The translations under genes and the position numbers were made by a program. A model generated the notes under the pieces. The model searched no databases, was not told the DNA's origin, and worked only from the letters and a program-made list of their open reading frames with translations. A DNA stretch of 64,000 nt from Bdellovibrionaceae bacterium UBA2339 (GTDB taxonomy: Bacteria > Bdellovibrionota > Bdellovibrionia > Bdellovibrionales > JAMPXM01), in the NCBI GenBank assembly GCA_002344785.1, contig DDUL01000056.1, positions 31,752-95,751 on the forward strand. Direction: 5' to 3'. Below are positions 11,032 through 19,165 of the stretch, piece by piece (position 1 is the stretch's first letter; each line of letters opens with the position of its first letter).

Positions 11032-12234
11032 ATGGCAGCCGCACACTCACATGCCCCCGTTGCTCCTGGGCAGTTCGTCCCGAGTAAATCGCTTCGCACT
11101 TTGTATGCGGGGGCGATCTTCTTTGGACTGGTCCTGTTCGCCGTCGCGCTCTGGAAAGATCCGACGCGAGCTTGGCACGGATATCTGACATCTTACATGT
11201 ATTGGACCAATCTGGCGTTGGGCGGATTGTTCTTTGCCGCCATTCAACACGTAGCTAAAGCGGGTTGGTCGGTGACGATTCGTCGAATCGCCGAAAGCTT
11301 CACGGCTTTCCTGCCCGTAGCGGCTGTCGGTGCGGTGGCTTGGTTGATTGGCTCCAAGCATCTCTATGAGTGGTTGGATCAAAGTTTGGTTGCGAAAGAC
11401 GCGATCCTGCAAGGCAAGTCGGCTTACCTCAATGCCAAGGCGATGATTTTCCGAACTGTGTTGTTCTTCGGACTCTGGCTGTTCTTCTCCAAGGTCATCA
11501 TCGGTCGAAGTTTGCAGCAAGACGAAGATGGAAAAGTCGAGCACACGGTGAAAAACGTCGGTTGGTCGATTGCATTCCTTTTGGTGTTTGCGCTGTCGTA
11601 CTCGTTCTTTACTGTCGACACCTTGATGTCGCTTCAGCCGCACTGGTTCTCTACGATTTGGGGCGTTTACAACTTTGCAGGTTTGTTCCAGAGCTTCTTG
11701 GCCATGTTGGTGATTTTCACGATCTACACCATGAAAAAGGGCTGGCTGCGTGGCCTTGTCAGTGAGGACCATCTGCATGATCTCGGTAAGTTCCTCAAAG
11801 GCTTCACCGTGTTCATGGCGTACATTGGTTTTTCGCAATTCATTTTGATTTGGTACGCCAACCTTCCGGAAGAAACGATTTTCTACCTGGCGCGCTCAAA
11901 TGGCTGGTGGATGACAATTTCAGTGAGTCTTTTGCTGCTGAAGTTTGCCGTGCCGTTTTTGCTGCTGCTTCCGAAGTGGGCTAAGCGCACGCCGGGCCAT
12001 TTGGTCATGGTTTCCGTGCTCATTTTGATCATGCAGTACGTGGATATTCATTGGATGGTTTATCCGACTCTCGATCCGTATCAGCCGCTGTTTTCATGGC
12101 CTGAAGTGGGAAGTTTTGCATTGTTCGGCGGACTTTTCTTGTGGTCCGTGACGCGCTTCCTCGCGGGGCATAAACTGGTTCCTGTGAAGGATCCGCGGAT
12201 CCAAGAGGCCATTCATCATCACGTCGCTTATTGA
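11032..12234 (+). CDS. actF: Alternative Complex III subunit ActF (second NrfD-like membrane subunit)
   Basis: About 400 aa polytopic membrane protein. GGAGA Shine-Dalgarno 8 nt before ATG 11032 (the listed ORF starts at TTG 11026). Sixth gene of the act cluster. Confidence 0.7.
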   Translation: MAAAHSHAPVAPGQFVPSKSLRTLYAGAIFFGLVLFAVALWKDPTRAWHGYLTSYMYWTNLALGGLFFAAIQHVAKAGWSVTIRRIAESFTAFLPVAAVGAVAWLIGSKHLYEWLDQSLVAKDAILQGKSAYLNAKAMIFRTVLFFGLWLFFSKVIIGRSLQQDEDGKVEHTVKNVGWSIAFLLVFALSYSFFTVDTLMSLQPHWFSTIWGVYNFAGLFQSFLAMLVIFTIYTMKKGWLRGLVSEDHLHDLGKFLKGFTVFMAYIGFSQFILIWYANLPEETIFYLARSNGWWMTISVSLLLLKFAVPFLLLLPKWAKRTPGHLVMVSVLILIMQYVDIHWMVYPTLDPYQPLFSWPEVGSFALFGGLFLWSVTRFLAGHKLVPVKDPRIQEAIHHHVAY

Positions 12235-12386
12235 GCGAGTGGCCTGATGAGGGCCGAAAGTCTGGATCTGCTGCCTTCGGCCTCGTCGATCACGACGGGG
12301 CCGTTCAGTTTGTGGCAAGCTTGCACGGGTGAAAATTGGCCGAGCCCATGGGCCCGATTCACCATCAAGCCTTGAGGAGACCAGGC

Positions 12387-13568
12387 ATGTCGAATTCACC
12401 GGACTTGAATGCAAGGTCGGATTCTTCCGCTCACACTGCGGATCAGCGTTTGAAACTCCGTCTTGGTGCGCAACTGAAGTCGGCCTCTCAGCAGCTTCGT
12501 CAGGGTTGGGAGCGTGGTTGGGAGATCATTCGCGTGCGCGAGATGCAGCCCCAAAGTGTCGAGGCCGCGCCGCTGAAGACCTCGGCTATGCCGCTGACTT
12601 CGACGGATTTGCGGGACGCCAAAACTTCATCGGGCGCCGTCGTCGATCGGCAAGTCTTAAAGCTTCAAGATGGTCGCCGAGTTTCATTTCGCACTTTGGG
12701 AACTGAAGGCGCGAAGGAATGGATTCTGTTCCACCACGGTTATCCGGGATCCTCTTGTCAGGCCAAATTGATGCACGAGCTTGCGCGCGAGCACGGCTGG
12801 GGAGTTTTGGCCATTGATCGACCCGGCTTTGCGCAAAGTGACTTCGATGCGGGTCGAAGCCTCAAGACGACAGCCTATGACGCCATTGAGGTGGCGACGA
12901 AACTGGGAGTCTCGAGATTTCACGTCGTGGGTGTGTCAGGCGGAGCGCCTTATGCATTGGCCACAGCCGCGGCAGCGCCACAGCGCACGCGATCGTTGTC
13001 GACAGTCGGCGGCTTGGCGCAGTTGGCGGCGCCAGATCTTGAGGCGAAGCTATCGGCATTTGAAAAATTCTGTGTTCGCCGAGCTCGCAGTGGTGGAGTG
13101 ACGGCACATTTACTTTTTGGCTGGATGGAGCGCGGTGTTCGCCAAGATGAAGAGGCCGTGATCAAGAGATGGATTGATCGATTAGCTCCCGCGGACCGAG
13201 CTGAGATGGAGAAACCTGAGCTTCGCGAAGTTTTAGTGAGTTCCCTGAAGGAAGCCATCGAGCCAGGTATTCGGGGTGTGATCGCGGATCTCAGACTTTT
13301 AGCCTCGCCCTGGGACTTTAGCCTTGAGCATGTGGACTCGCCGGCCTGGATCTGGCACGGGACGGAGGACAATGTTGTGCCTTACGCACATGGGGTTTAT
13401 TTGGCCACGGGACTCAGGAAGGCGAGGCTGATGACGGTGGAGGGCGCGGGCCACTACTCGCTTTGTCTCACGGAGCGGCAGAAGATTGTGGAGCAAATCC
13501 TGAGCTTTGCGGAACAAAGCGACGCGAGACCGCCGGTCCGGTCCGCTCTGAGCCCTGAGCTGACTTGA
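12387..13568 (+). CDS. Alpha/beta-fold hydrolase
   Basis: ILFHHGYPGSS oxyanion-type segment and nucleophile elbow VVGVSGGAPYA. ATG 12387 preferred over the upstream ORF start 12336 (start uncertain). Confidence 0.65.
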   Translation: MSNSPDLNARSDSSAHTADQRLKLRLGAQLKSASQQLRQGWERGWEIIRVREMQPQSVEAAPLKTSAMPLTSTDLRDAKTSSGAVVDRQVLKLQDGRRVSFRTLGTEGAKEWILFHHGYPGSSCQAKLMHELAREHGWGVLAIDRPGFAQSDFDAGRSLKTTAYDAIEVATKLGVSRFHVVGVSGGAPYALATAAAAPQRTRSLSTVGGLAQLAAPDLEAKLSAFEKFCVRRARSGGVTAHLLFGWMERGVRQDEEAVIKRWIDRLAPADRAEMEKPELREVLVSSLKEAIEPGIRGVIADLRLLASPWDFSLEHVDSPAWIWHGTEDNVVPYAHGVYLATGLRKARLMTVEGAGHYSLCLTERQKIVEQILSFAEQSDARPPVRSALSPELT

Positions 13569-13635
13569 GTTTTCCCTCTGATTCCGCTACGCTGAAGTCT
13601 ATGGCGTCCCCTATGGCGAAGCTTCCACATTCAAT

Positions 13636-13665
13636 GTCTTTGGCCACAAAGACTTTGTCTTTTTC
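13636..13665 (+). terminator. Weak intrinsic terminator-like hairpin between the hydrolase gene and thrS
   Basis: GTCTTTG-GCCA-CAAAGAC stem-loop followed by TTTGTCTTTTT. Confidence 0.4.
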
Positions 13666-13719
13666 GATCGCACACACGTGTGCGCCAACGCTCGTGCGTT
13701 GGACGACCGCGCTCGTTTC

Positions 13720-15753
13720 ATGAGCGTTCAGGTCACTCTTCCCGACGGAAAGCAGATCGACTTCGACCGTGAACCCACAGTTCTTGAGGTGGCCGCAAGA
13801 ATTGGCGCTGGGTTGGCGAAGGCGACTTTGGGCGCGAAGTTCAATGGCGCTCCCGCGATCGTGGATTTGCGCGCTCGCGTCCCCAATGGCACTCGCATTG
13901 AAATTATCACGTCGAAAGTGCCCGAAGGCCTTGAGGTGATTCGTCATTCCGCCGCACACGTCATGGCCCATGCTGTTCAACAGTTGTGGCCGGATGTGAA
14001 GGTCACCATCGGACCTGTGGTCGAAAATGGCTTCTATTATGACTTTGATAGTCCGCGGCCTTTCACGCCGGAAGACTTCGCGAAGATCGAAAAGAAGATG
14101 ATGGAGATCATTGCGGCGGATCTTGAGATTCGTCGTGAGGAAGTTCCGTGGCGTGAGGCCAAGGATCGGTTCGCGAAGCTCGGCGAGAAGTTCAAGCTTG
14201 AACTCATCGATGATATTCACGCCAAGTCCGGCGATGAGATGGTCGGCGTTTATCATAATGGTGATCAGTGGTTTGATTTGTGTCGCGGGCCTCATGTGCA
14301 GCGTACAGGACAGATCAAGGCCGTGAAGCTGATGTCCCTGGCCGGCGCTTACTGGCGTGGTGATGAAAAGCGTGAGCAGCTTCAGCGCGTTTATGCCACG
14401 GCATTTGCGGACAAAAAGGATCTTGAACAGCACCTGACCCGCCTCGAAGAAGCTAAGAAGCGTGATCATCGCAAGCTGGGCAAAGATCTGGGCCTATTCA
14501 TGTTTCATCCGTATGCTCCGGGCTCGCCGTTTTTCACAGGCAAAGGTGCCACGATCTACAATGAACTCGTGGGCTTGATGCGGGATCTGTATCGTGAATT
14601 TGGCTACCATGAAGTGATCACGCCGCAGATTTTTGATGTGGAGTTGTTTAAGACTTCCGGTCACTACGCGAACTATCGCGAGAACATGTACTTCACCTCG
14701 ATTGATCAGGCGGCGCAGAAGGATCAGCTTGAAGGCGTCGATGTTCGTCAATCGTCGATGAAGCCGATGAACTGCCCGTCGCACTGCTTGATGTTTGGCG
14801 CTGAGAAGAAATCTTATCGCGAACTTCCGTGGCGCATTGCTGATTTCGGGCGACTGCATCGCTTTGAGCGAAGCGGTGTGATGCATGGACTGACGCGAGT
14901 TCGAACTTTTTGCCAAGACGACGCTCACATTTTTTGCACGCGCGCCCAAATGAAGGCGGAGATTGTCGACTTCATGCGCTTGACGAAAAAGACCTACGAA
15001 TTGCTCGGCATGACTGAGTTTCGCGTCTTAGTGGCGACCCGCCCTGAGAACCGTATGGGCTCGGATCAGGTTTGGGATGAGGCGGAGAGCGCCTTGGAAG
15101 AAGGCTTGAAGGCTCTGCAGATTCCTTATGCGTTGAGTCCGGGTGAAGGCGCGTTCTACGGCCCCAAGATCGAGATTCATTTCGTGGATGCGATCGGGCG
15201 CAGTTGGCAGCTCGGTACGATCCAGGTCGACTTCAACATGCCAGAGTCCTTTGGACTTGAGTATGTCGGGGACGATAATCAGGCGCATCGGCCGGTGATG
15301 CTCCATCGCGCGATCTTGGGTTCGCTTGAGCGATTCATTGGCATTTACATCGAGCACACCAGTGGCAAGTTCCCGACTTGGCTTGCGCCCGAACAAGTTT
15401 ATGTTCTCAACGTCACGGATCGCCAGGAAGAGTACGCGAAAGAGATTCTCAAGCGTTTGCGAGGCCAAGGCGTGCGCGTGCACTTTGATGATCGCAATGA
15501 AAAGCTGGGATTCAAGATTCGCGAAGCGCAGCTGGCGCGTGTGCCGTATATGTTGGTGATCGGTGATCAAGAGGTGCAGAATCGCACCGTCACTTTGCGT
15601 TTGAATAGTGGAGCTCAAATCAGTGCACTTCAGCTTGAGGAGTTCGAGCGGCTTTTGGTCGCCGAAATTCGCGAGCGTCGTCTCGAGTCGCCATGGGCGG
15701 CTCAATCCGGCGAGGGTGCGAAGTCAAAATCTAACGAGGAGGTCAGCCATTAA
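13720..15753 (+). CDS. thrS: Threonine--tRNA ligase
   Basis: MSVQVTLPDGKQIDF (TGS domain), HRKLGKDLGLFMF, class II core and anticodon-binding region. ATG 13720 chosen within the longer ORF from 13678. Confidence 0.95.
   Translation: MSVQVTLPDGKQIDFDREPTVLEVAARIGAGLAKATLGAKFNGAPAIVDLRARVPNGTRIEIITSKVPEGLEVIRHSAAHVMAHAVQQLWPDVKVTIGPVVENGFYYDFDSPRPFTPEDFAKIEKKMMEIIAADLEIRREEVPWREAKDRFAKLGEKFKLELIDDIHAKSGDEMVGVYHNGDQWFDLCRGPHVQRTGQIKAVKLMSLAGAYWRGDEKREQLQRVYATAFADKKDLEQHLTRLEEAKKRDHRKLGKDLGLFMFHPYAPGSPFFTGKGATIYNELVGLMRDLYREFGYHEVITPQIFDVELFKTSGHYANYRENMYFTSIDQAAQKDQLEGVDVRQSSMKPMNCPSHCLMFGAEKKSYRELPWRIADFGRLHRFERSGVMHGLTRVRTFCQDDAHIFCTRAQMKAEIVDFMRLTKKTYELLGMTEFRVLVATRPENRMGSDQVWDEAESALEEGLKALQIPYALSPGEGAFYGPKIEIHFVDAIGRSWQLGTIQVDFNMPESFGLEYVGDDNQAHRPVMLHRAILGSLERFIGIYIEHTSGKFPTWLAPEQVYVLNVTDRQEEYAKEILKRLRGQGVRVHFDDRNEKLGFKIREAQLARVPYMLVIGDQEVQNRTVTLRLNSGAQISALQLEEFERLLVAEIRERRLESPWAAQSGEGAKSKSNEEVSH
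15736..15751 (+). promoter_or_regulatory. infC translation initiation region: GAGGAGG Shine-Dalgarno plus AUU start codon
   Basis: GAGGAGG at 15736-15742, 6-nt spacer, in-frame ATT at 15749-15751 overlapping the thrS TAA (ATTAA). There is no in-frame ATG/GTG/TTG between here and the conserved IF3 core. Confidence 0.55.
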
Positions 15754-16567
15754 CAGTGGCGGATTTGGACGTCCCCCGGGATCGGGTGGACCAGGTGGTG
15801 GTGGTGGTTTTGGTCGTCCCCCCGGATCGGGTGGGCCTGGCGGATTTCGTCCGGGTGGACCCGGTGGCCCTGGTGGTGGAGGTCCGCGTCCAGCTGGCCC
15901 TCGGCCATTTGGTGGCGGCGGTGGCCCAGGCGGTCCCGGTGGCGGCCCAGGCGGCGGACCCGGAGCTCCTCGTTTTGATCGCGGACCCAGGCGTGGACCT
16001 GTCCAAAAAGACGGTCCTCGCACCAACCGTGAAATTCGAGTTCCCGAAGTGCGCGTGATCGGCGAAGACGGCTCGATGCTCGGAATTTTTCCGACGCAAG
16101 AAGCTGTTCGCATGGCCGAGGACAAAGGCCTTGATCTGATCGAAGTGGCGCCGACGGCAAAGCCGCCGACCTGCAAGATCGCGGACTACGGAAAGTACCG
16201 ATACGAGCAAAAACAAAAAGAGCGCGAGGCGCGAAAGAACCAAGTTGTGATCACCATTAAGGAGATCCAGCTTCGACCGCGCACCGACGAGCATGATTTG
16301 CAAGTGAAGCTCAAGAAAGCTCGCGAATTCATTCTCGAAGGTGACAAGGTGAAGGTGAACCTTCGCTTTTACGGTCGCGAGATGGCGCATCAGGAACTGG
16401 GGATCGAGCTGCTCAGGCGCGTGACCACAGATCTCGGTGACATCGCGATGGTGGAAAGTCCGCCGAAGATGGAAGGCAAGCAGATGTTCGTACTGCTGGC
16501 TCCGGATAAAGAGAAGATCAAAGACTACGAAAAGAAAATCGCTGAGGCTGCATCTAAGCCTGAGTGA
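15749..16567 (+). CDS. infC: Translation initiation factor IF-3 with Gly/Pro-rich N-terminal extension
   Basis: Conserved core INREIRVPEVRVIGEDGSMLGI...KPPTCKIADYGKYRYEQKQKE...KVKVNLRFYGREMAHQE. Preceded by about 90 codons of GGFGRPPGSGGPGG-type repeats. ATT start inferred. Confidence 0.85.
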   Translation: MNSGGFGRPPGSGGPGGGGGFGRPPGSGGPGGFRPGGPGGPGGGGPRPAGPRPFGGGGGPGGPGGGPGGGPGAPRFDRGPRRGPVQKDGPRTNREIRVPEVRVIGEDGSMLGIFPTQEAVRMAEDKGLDLIEVAPTAKPPTCKIADYGKYRYEQKQKEREARKNQVVITIKEIQLRPRTDEHDLQVKLKKAREFILEGDKVKVNLRFYGREMAHQELGIELLRRVTTDLGDIAMVESPPKMEGKQMFVLLAPDKEKIKDYEKKIAEAASKPE

Positions 16568-16584
16568 AGACACTCAATGACTCT

Positions 16585-16613
16585 AAAAGCCCCTCTTCGT
16601 GAGGGGCTTTTTC
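16585..16613. terminator. Bidirectional intrinsic terminator between infC (+) and the minus-strand block
   Basis: AAAAGCCCCTC-TTCGT-GAGGGGCTTTTT: GC-rich 7-bp stem flanked by an A-run and a T-run. Confidence 0.7.
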
Positions 16614-16893
16614 ATTTGGACGTTTCGACATCCTTGGCGGACTTGAGGGCCGTGGTGGCGACGATCAGCTGCACGCGCGCACCTCGTTTCAGAGGCTTGA
16701 GGTAAGCGAGTTGTTCGCTGTTGAGCTCGGACTTTTTGATCTCATAGATCAGTTGAGCTGTTTGAATCTTGAGGGTCTTTTCGTCAAAGGCCTTAATTTC
16801 GCCATCAATCTGAAACACTCCTAAGGCGAGAGCTGCCGTTTGCGCGAACGCCAACGTGGCCAGCGCAAATGACATGAGCCATGACTTTGTCAT
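16612..16893 (-). CDS. Small secreted protein, unknown function (93 aa)
   Basis: Signal peptide MTKSWLMSFALATLAFAQTAALA. AAGGAG Shine-Dalgarno upstream. ATGA overlap with the upstream gene. Confidence 0.55.
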   Translation of the reverse strand: MTKSWLMSFALATLAFAQTAALALGVFQIDGEIKAFDEKTLKIQTAQLIYEIKKSELNSEQLAYLKPLKRGARVQLIVATTALKSAKDVETSK

Positions 16894-17459
16894 CGTGAAA
16901 CTCCTTGCGGTGGCTGCACGCCATCTTGTTGTACGCGGAAACCGGAATGCTGCTGTTGGGGAAGTGGCCGAAGTGCCCAATGGCGAGCGGCGCCCGCATC
17001 GCGCGAGTTCACGCATTCGTTCACGCGTGGGCACTCGGGCGCGCCGCTGGAGTTCTTTCGCCCAAGGCATTGCACGTTCATGAAAGTGACCTCGGGCTGA
17101 AATCCCATGGCGCCAGAGCCGGCACCGCGCATGACGGTGTTGCTGATCTCGGTGTCGCTCAGTTGGTCGAACTTTTTGCCGGAGTTTTGTTGTTCGATGT
17201 AGAGCCGAAGTCGAGCTGTGAGTGGCGTGCAAGTCGCGGTGTAGGAGCAAAAGATTTGCGGTTGCGATGGGTCTGTCCGTACGTTCGCGTTGGCACATTG
17301 AACTTCGGCAGTGTCGGAGTAAAACGCGCCCGCACCGGGCGGCGTGCCGCAAGCGAATTGCACGCGTTCGTTGGCGAGGGTCGGTGTCGCGATCGAAGTG
17401 ATGCCGCAGATGGCGAGCGTCAGTAAAAGTCGGCTCGTGTTTCGCCTTGTGGTTCGCAT
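16890..17459 (-). CDS. Cys-rich secreted protein, unknown function (189 aa)
   Basis: MRTTRRNTSRLLLTLAICGITSIATPTLA signal and about 10 Cys in the mature part. GAGGAGG Shine-Dalgarno upstream of ATG 17459. The C-terminal 40 aa are low-quality, so the 3' end is uncertain. Confidence 0.5.
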   Translation of the reverse strand: MRTTRRNTSRLLLTLAICGITSIATPTLANERVQFACGTPPGAGAFYSDTAEVQCANANVRTDPSQPQIFCSYTATCTPLTARLRLYIEQQNSGKKFDQLSDTEISNTVMRGAGSGAMGFQPEVTFMNVQCLGRKNSSGAPECPRVNECVNSRDAGAARHWALRPLPQQQHSGFRVQQDGVQPPQGVSR

Positions 17460-17571
17460 AGGGGCCTCCTCACATAATTTTGAGTTAAGCTTGGAGAGCT
17501 CACAAGTCGAGTCGAAGTGAGCTGGGAAAAAGTATGCCGATCGTCGAGTTTGTAGGGCTTCAGTGAACCGT

Positions 17572-17931
17572 TTAGCTGTTCGTTGGGCTGAGCCAAAGCC
17601 ACCAGGTGAGTCGAGGGCCAATCTCCCAACTTGCGAGATTGGCGAGCAGCGAAGTGAGCAGCCATGCGGGCCAGCGTCGCCAAGTGTGGGTCGTGGATGC
17701 ATGCAGAGCGGCCTCGCCCCACCAGGCAAAGAGTTCTGCGCTGAGAATCGCGGTGAGCCAAGTCAGGCCCATCGCCATATGGCCAAAGAAGATGGTCGGG
17801 TGGGTGATGAGATTCGCGAGTGTGGTGAGACCCAATGAGCGCGCCGGTGTCAGGCCGATTTGTCGATGCCAGAAGTAGAAGAATATGAGTTCGAGCGCAT
17901 TGGATTGCAGGAATGTGATCACATACGCCAT
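17572..17931 (-). CDS. Small polytopic membrane protein, unknown function (119 aa)
   Basis: Trp/Leu-rich hydrophobic helices (LELIFFYFWHR, ANLITHPTIFFGHMAMGLTWL). Overlaps the upstream ORF by 13 nt. Confidence 0.5.
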   Translation of the reverse strand: MAYVITFLQSNALELIFFYFWHRQIGLTPARSLGLTTLANLITHPTIFFGHMAMGLTWLTAILSAELFAWWGEAALHASTTHTWRRWPAWLLTSLLANLASWEIGPRLTWWLWLSPTNS

Positions 17932-18275
17932 TGGGAGGACTCTCGACGAAGGCGTAGGGCACTCAAGCTGATCACGAGACTCCAGAGCGCAAAGAGCGCG
18001 ATATCATCGAAGATCCCCTTGCGTGTCGTGGGTTGCGAAAGAATTTCGGGATAGGCATTTTGCCAAAGCCCTAGGGGTGTCAGCAGGCTGGCCTGTTGCA
18101 ATGTCACTTGGCCACGCGGAGGAAATTGGTAGTCCGCCGCATACGACAAGGCCACCACGGCGAGCACGAGAGCTGCGTTGTGGAGGCCCAGCGAAAAGCG
18201 CCAACGACTCGGCCTTGCTACGGCCGAGTGGTGGGTGTGTTTCGGATTGTTAGCGGCAGGTGTTTTGGGTCGCAT
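17919..18275 (-). CDS. Small membrane protein, unknown function (118 aa)
   Basis: Two hydrophobic helices (AALVLAVVALSYA, IALFALWSLVISLSAL). Overlaps the 3' end of the upstream gene by 26 nt, so the start is uncertain. Confidence 0.45.
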   Translation of the reverse strand: MRPKTPAANNPKHTHHSAVARPSRWRFSLGLHNAALVLAVVALSYAADYQFPPRGQVTLQQASLLTPLGLWQNAYPEILSQPTTRKGIFDDIALFALWSLVISLSALRLRRESSQWRM

Positions 18276-18720
18276 CGTTCAGATCGAGCGGAAATGCGTC
18301 GCCGGCCAGGTCGTGCTTGTAGTTCGGGTCATGCACCTTGTGCAGAGAGATTTGGCACTCGACTTGGGGGGCCGGGACCACGCGGGGCTGCGATCCGCCG
18401 TTGGTTGTCGGCTCATCGACGATCTTCACGCCCGAGCATCCCAAAACGAGGTTCCAGCCATTTGAAGCAATCAAGAGTGAGCGTTCGTTGAGCTTGCGAA
18501 GCGCGGCCTCTTGGGGTGGCACCATGATGTCGAGAACGGTGCGGGAGCTTGGGAGTAGCTGCATGAATTTACCAGCGTCCTCGCCATAAAACTTGATCAC
18601 TTGGCCATCGCGCATGGAGCCGGGGTTAATGCCTTTGACATCAACAAAGGCAATGCCGCCATCGTTGGCGAAGGCGTGGGTGCTGAGGATGAGGCTGAGG
18701 GCCAAAAGCAGGGACCGCAT
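18250..18720 (-). CDS. Secreted protein, unknown function (156 aa)
   Basis: Signal peptide MRSLLLALSLILSTHAFA. AAGGAG Shine-Dalgarno 8 nt upstream of the ATG. Confidence 0.6.
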   Translation of the reverse strand: MRSLLLALSLILSTHAFANDGGIAFVDVKGINPGSMRDGQVIKFYGEDAGKFMQLLPSSRTVLDIMVPPQEAALRKLNERSLLIASNGWNLVLGCSGVKIVDEPTTNGGSQPRVVPAPQVECQISLHKVHDPNYKHDLAGDAFPLDLNDATQNTCR

Positions 18721-18957
18721 AGAGAAGACTCCTTTTAGGTGAGGGGGGACGGGCTTGATCTAGCGGAACTTCTGAGGTGCGTCATATGTGAGCTAAGACC
18801 CTGAAAAGCCTTTAGGGTTGGGTTGCCAGGGTCGGTGAAGTGCTGTTACAACGAACGACTCCAAAATCTGTCCCCGGCCCAAAAGAGTTCTGCAGTTCGC
18901 AGACCGCCGGATCGGATGAAGTCCGGTGTCCTTGATGACCGCCGGCAAGAGGCAACA

Positions 18958-19155
18958 ATGGCCGTGAAGTCGAAGACGCATTCAGGTGCGAAGAAGCGCC
19001 TGGTGAAGCTCGCGTCAGGTAAAGTGAAAATGAAGCAATCGGGTATGCGCCACTTGCTCAGCCCGCACAAATCCAAAGGCAAGCGCCAAGCTGGAGCAAC
19101 AGCTTATGTGCACTCCGCTAACATGAACCAGACCAAGCGTCTGTTGAACTTCTAA
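18958..19155 (+). CDS. rpmI: 50S ribosomal protein L35
   Basis: MAVKSKTHSGAKKRLVKLASGKVKMKQSGMRHLL. AAGAGG Shine-Dalgarno 5 nt upstream. Internal start of the listed ORF 18823..19155. Confidence 0.9.
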   Translation: MAVKSKTHSGAKKRLVKLASGKVKMKQSGMRHLLSPHKSKGKRQAGATAYVHSANMNQTKRLLNF

Positions 19156-19165
19156 GGAGAGGCAC

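Noticed and set aside
12243-12290. Hammerhead-ribozyme-like string CUGAUGAGGGCCGAAAG just after actF
   Set aside because: The CUGAUGA and GAAAG boxes are part of one imperfect hairpin (GAGGGCCGAAAG ... CCTTCGGCCTC). No GAAA box follows the stem, and I could not build stem I or stem III with a cleavage-site context. It is most simply a post-operon stem-loop without a U-run.
13468-14469. 333-aa minus-strand ORF overlapping thrS
   Set aside because: It is antisense to thrS and has no motif or ribosome-binding site. The same reasoning applies to 22472-23410, 27200-28093, 50403-51239 and 10412-11191.
15608-15748. Upstream extension of the infC ORF to 15608
   Set aside because: It lies inside the thrS coding sequence. 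The Shine-Dalgarno plus ATT at 15749 is a far better initiation site.
15743-16573. 276-aa minus-strand ORF and several other long ORFs across the infC Gly/Pro-repeat region
   Set aside because: These are shadow frames of the GGN/CCN repeat region. The plus frame continues into an unmistakable IF3 core.
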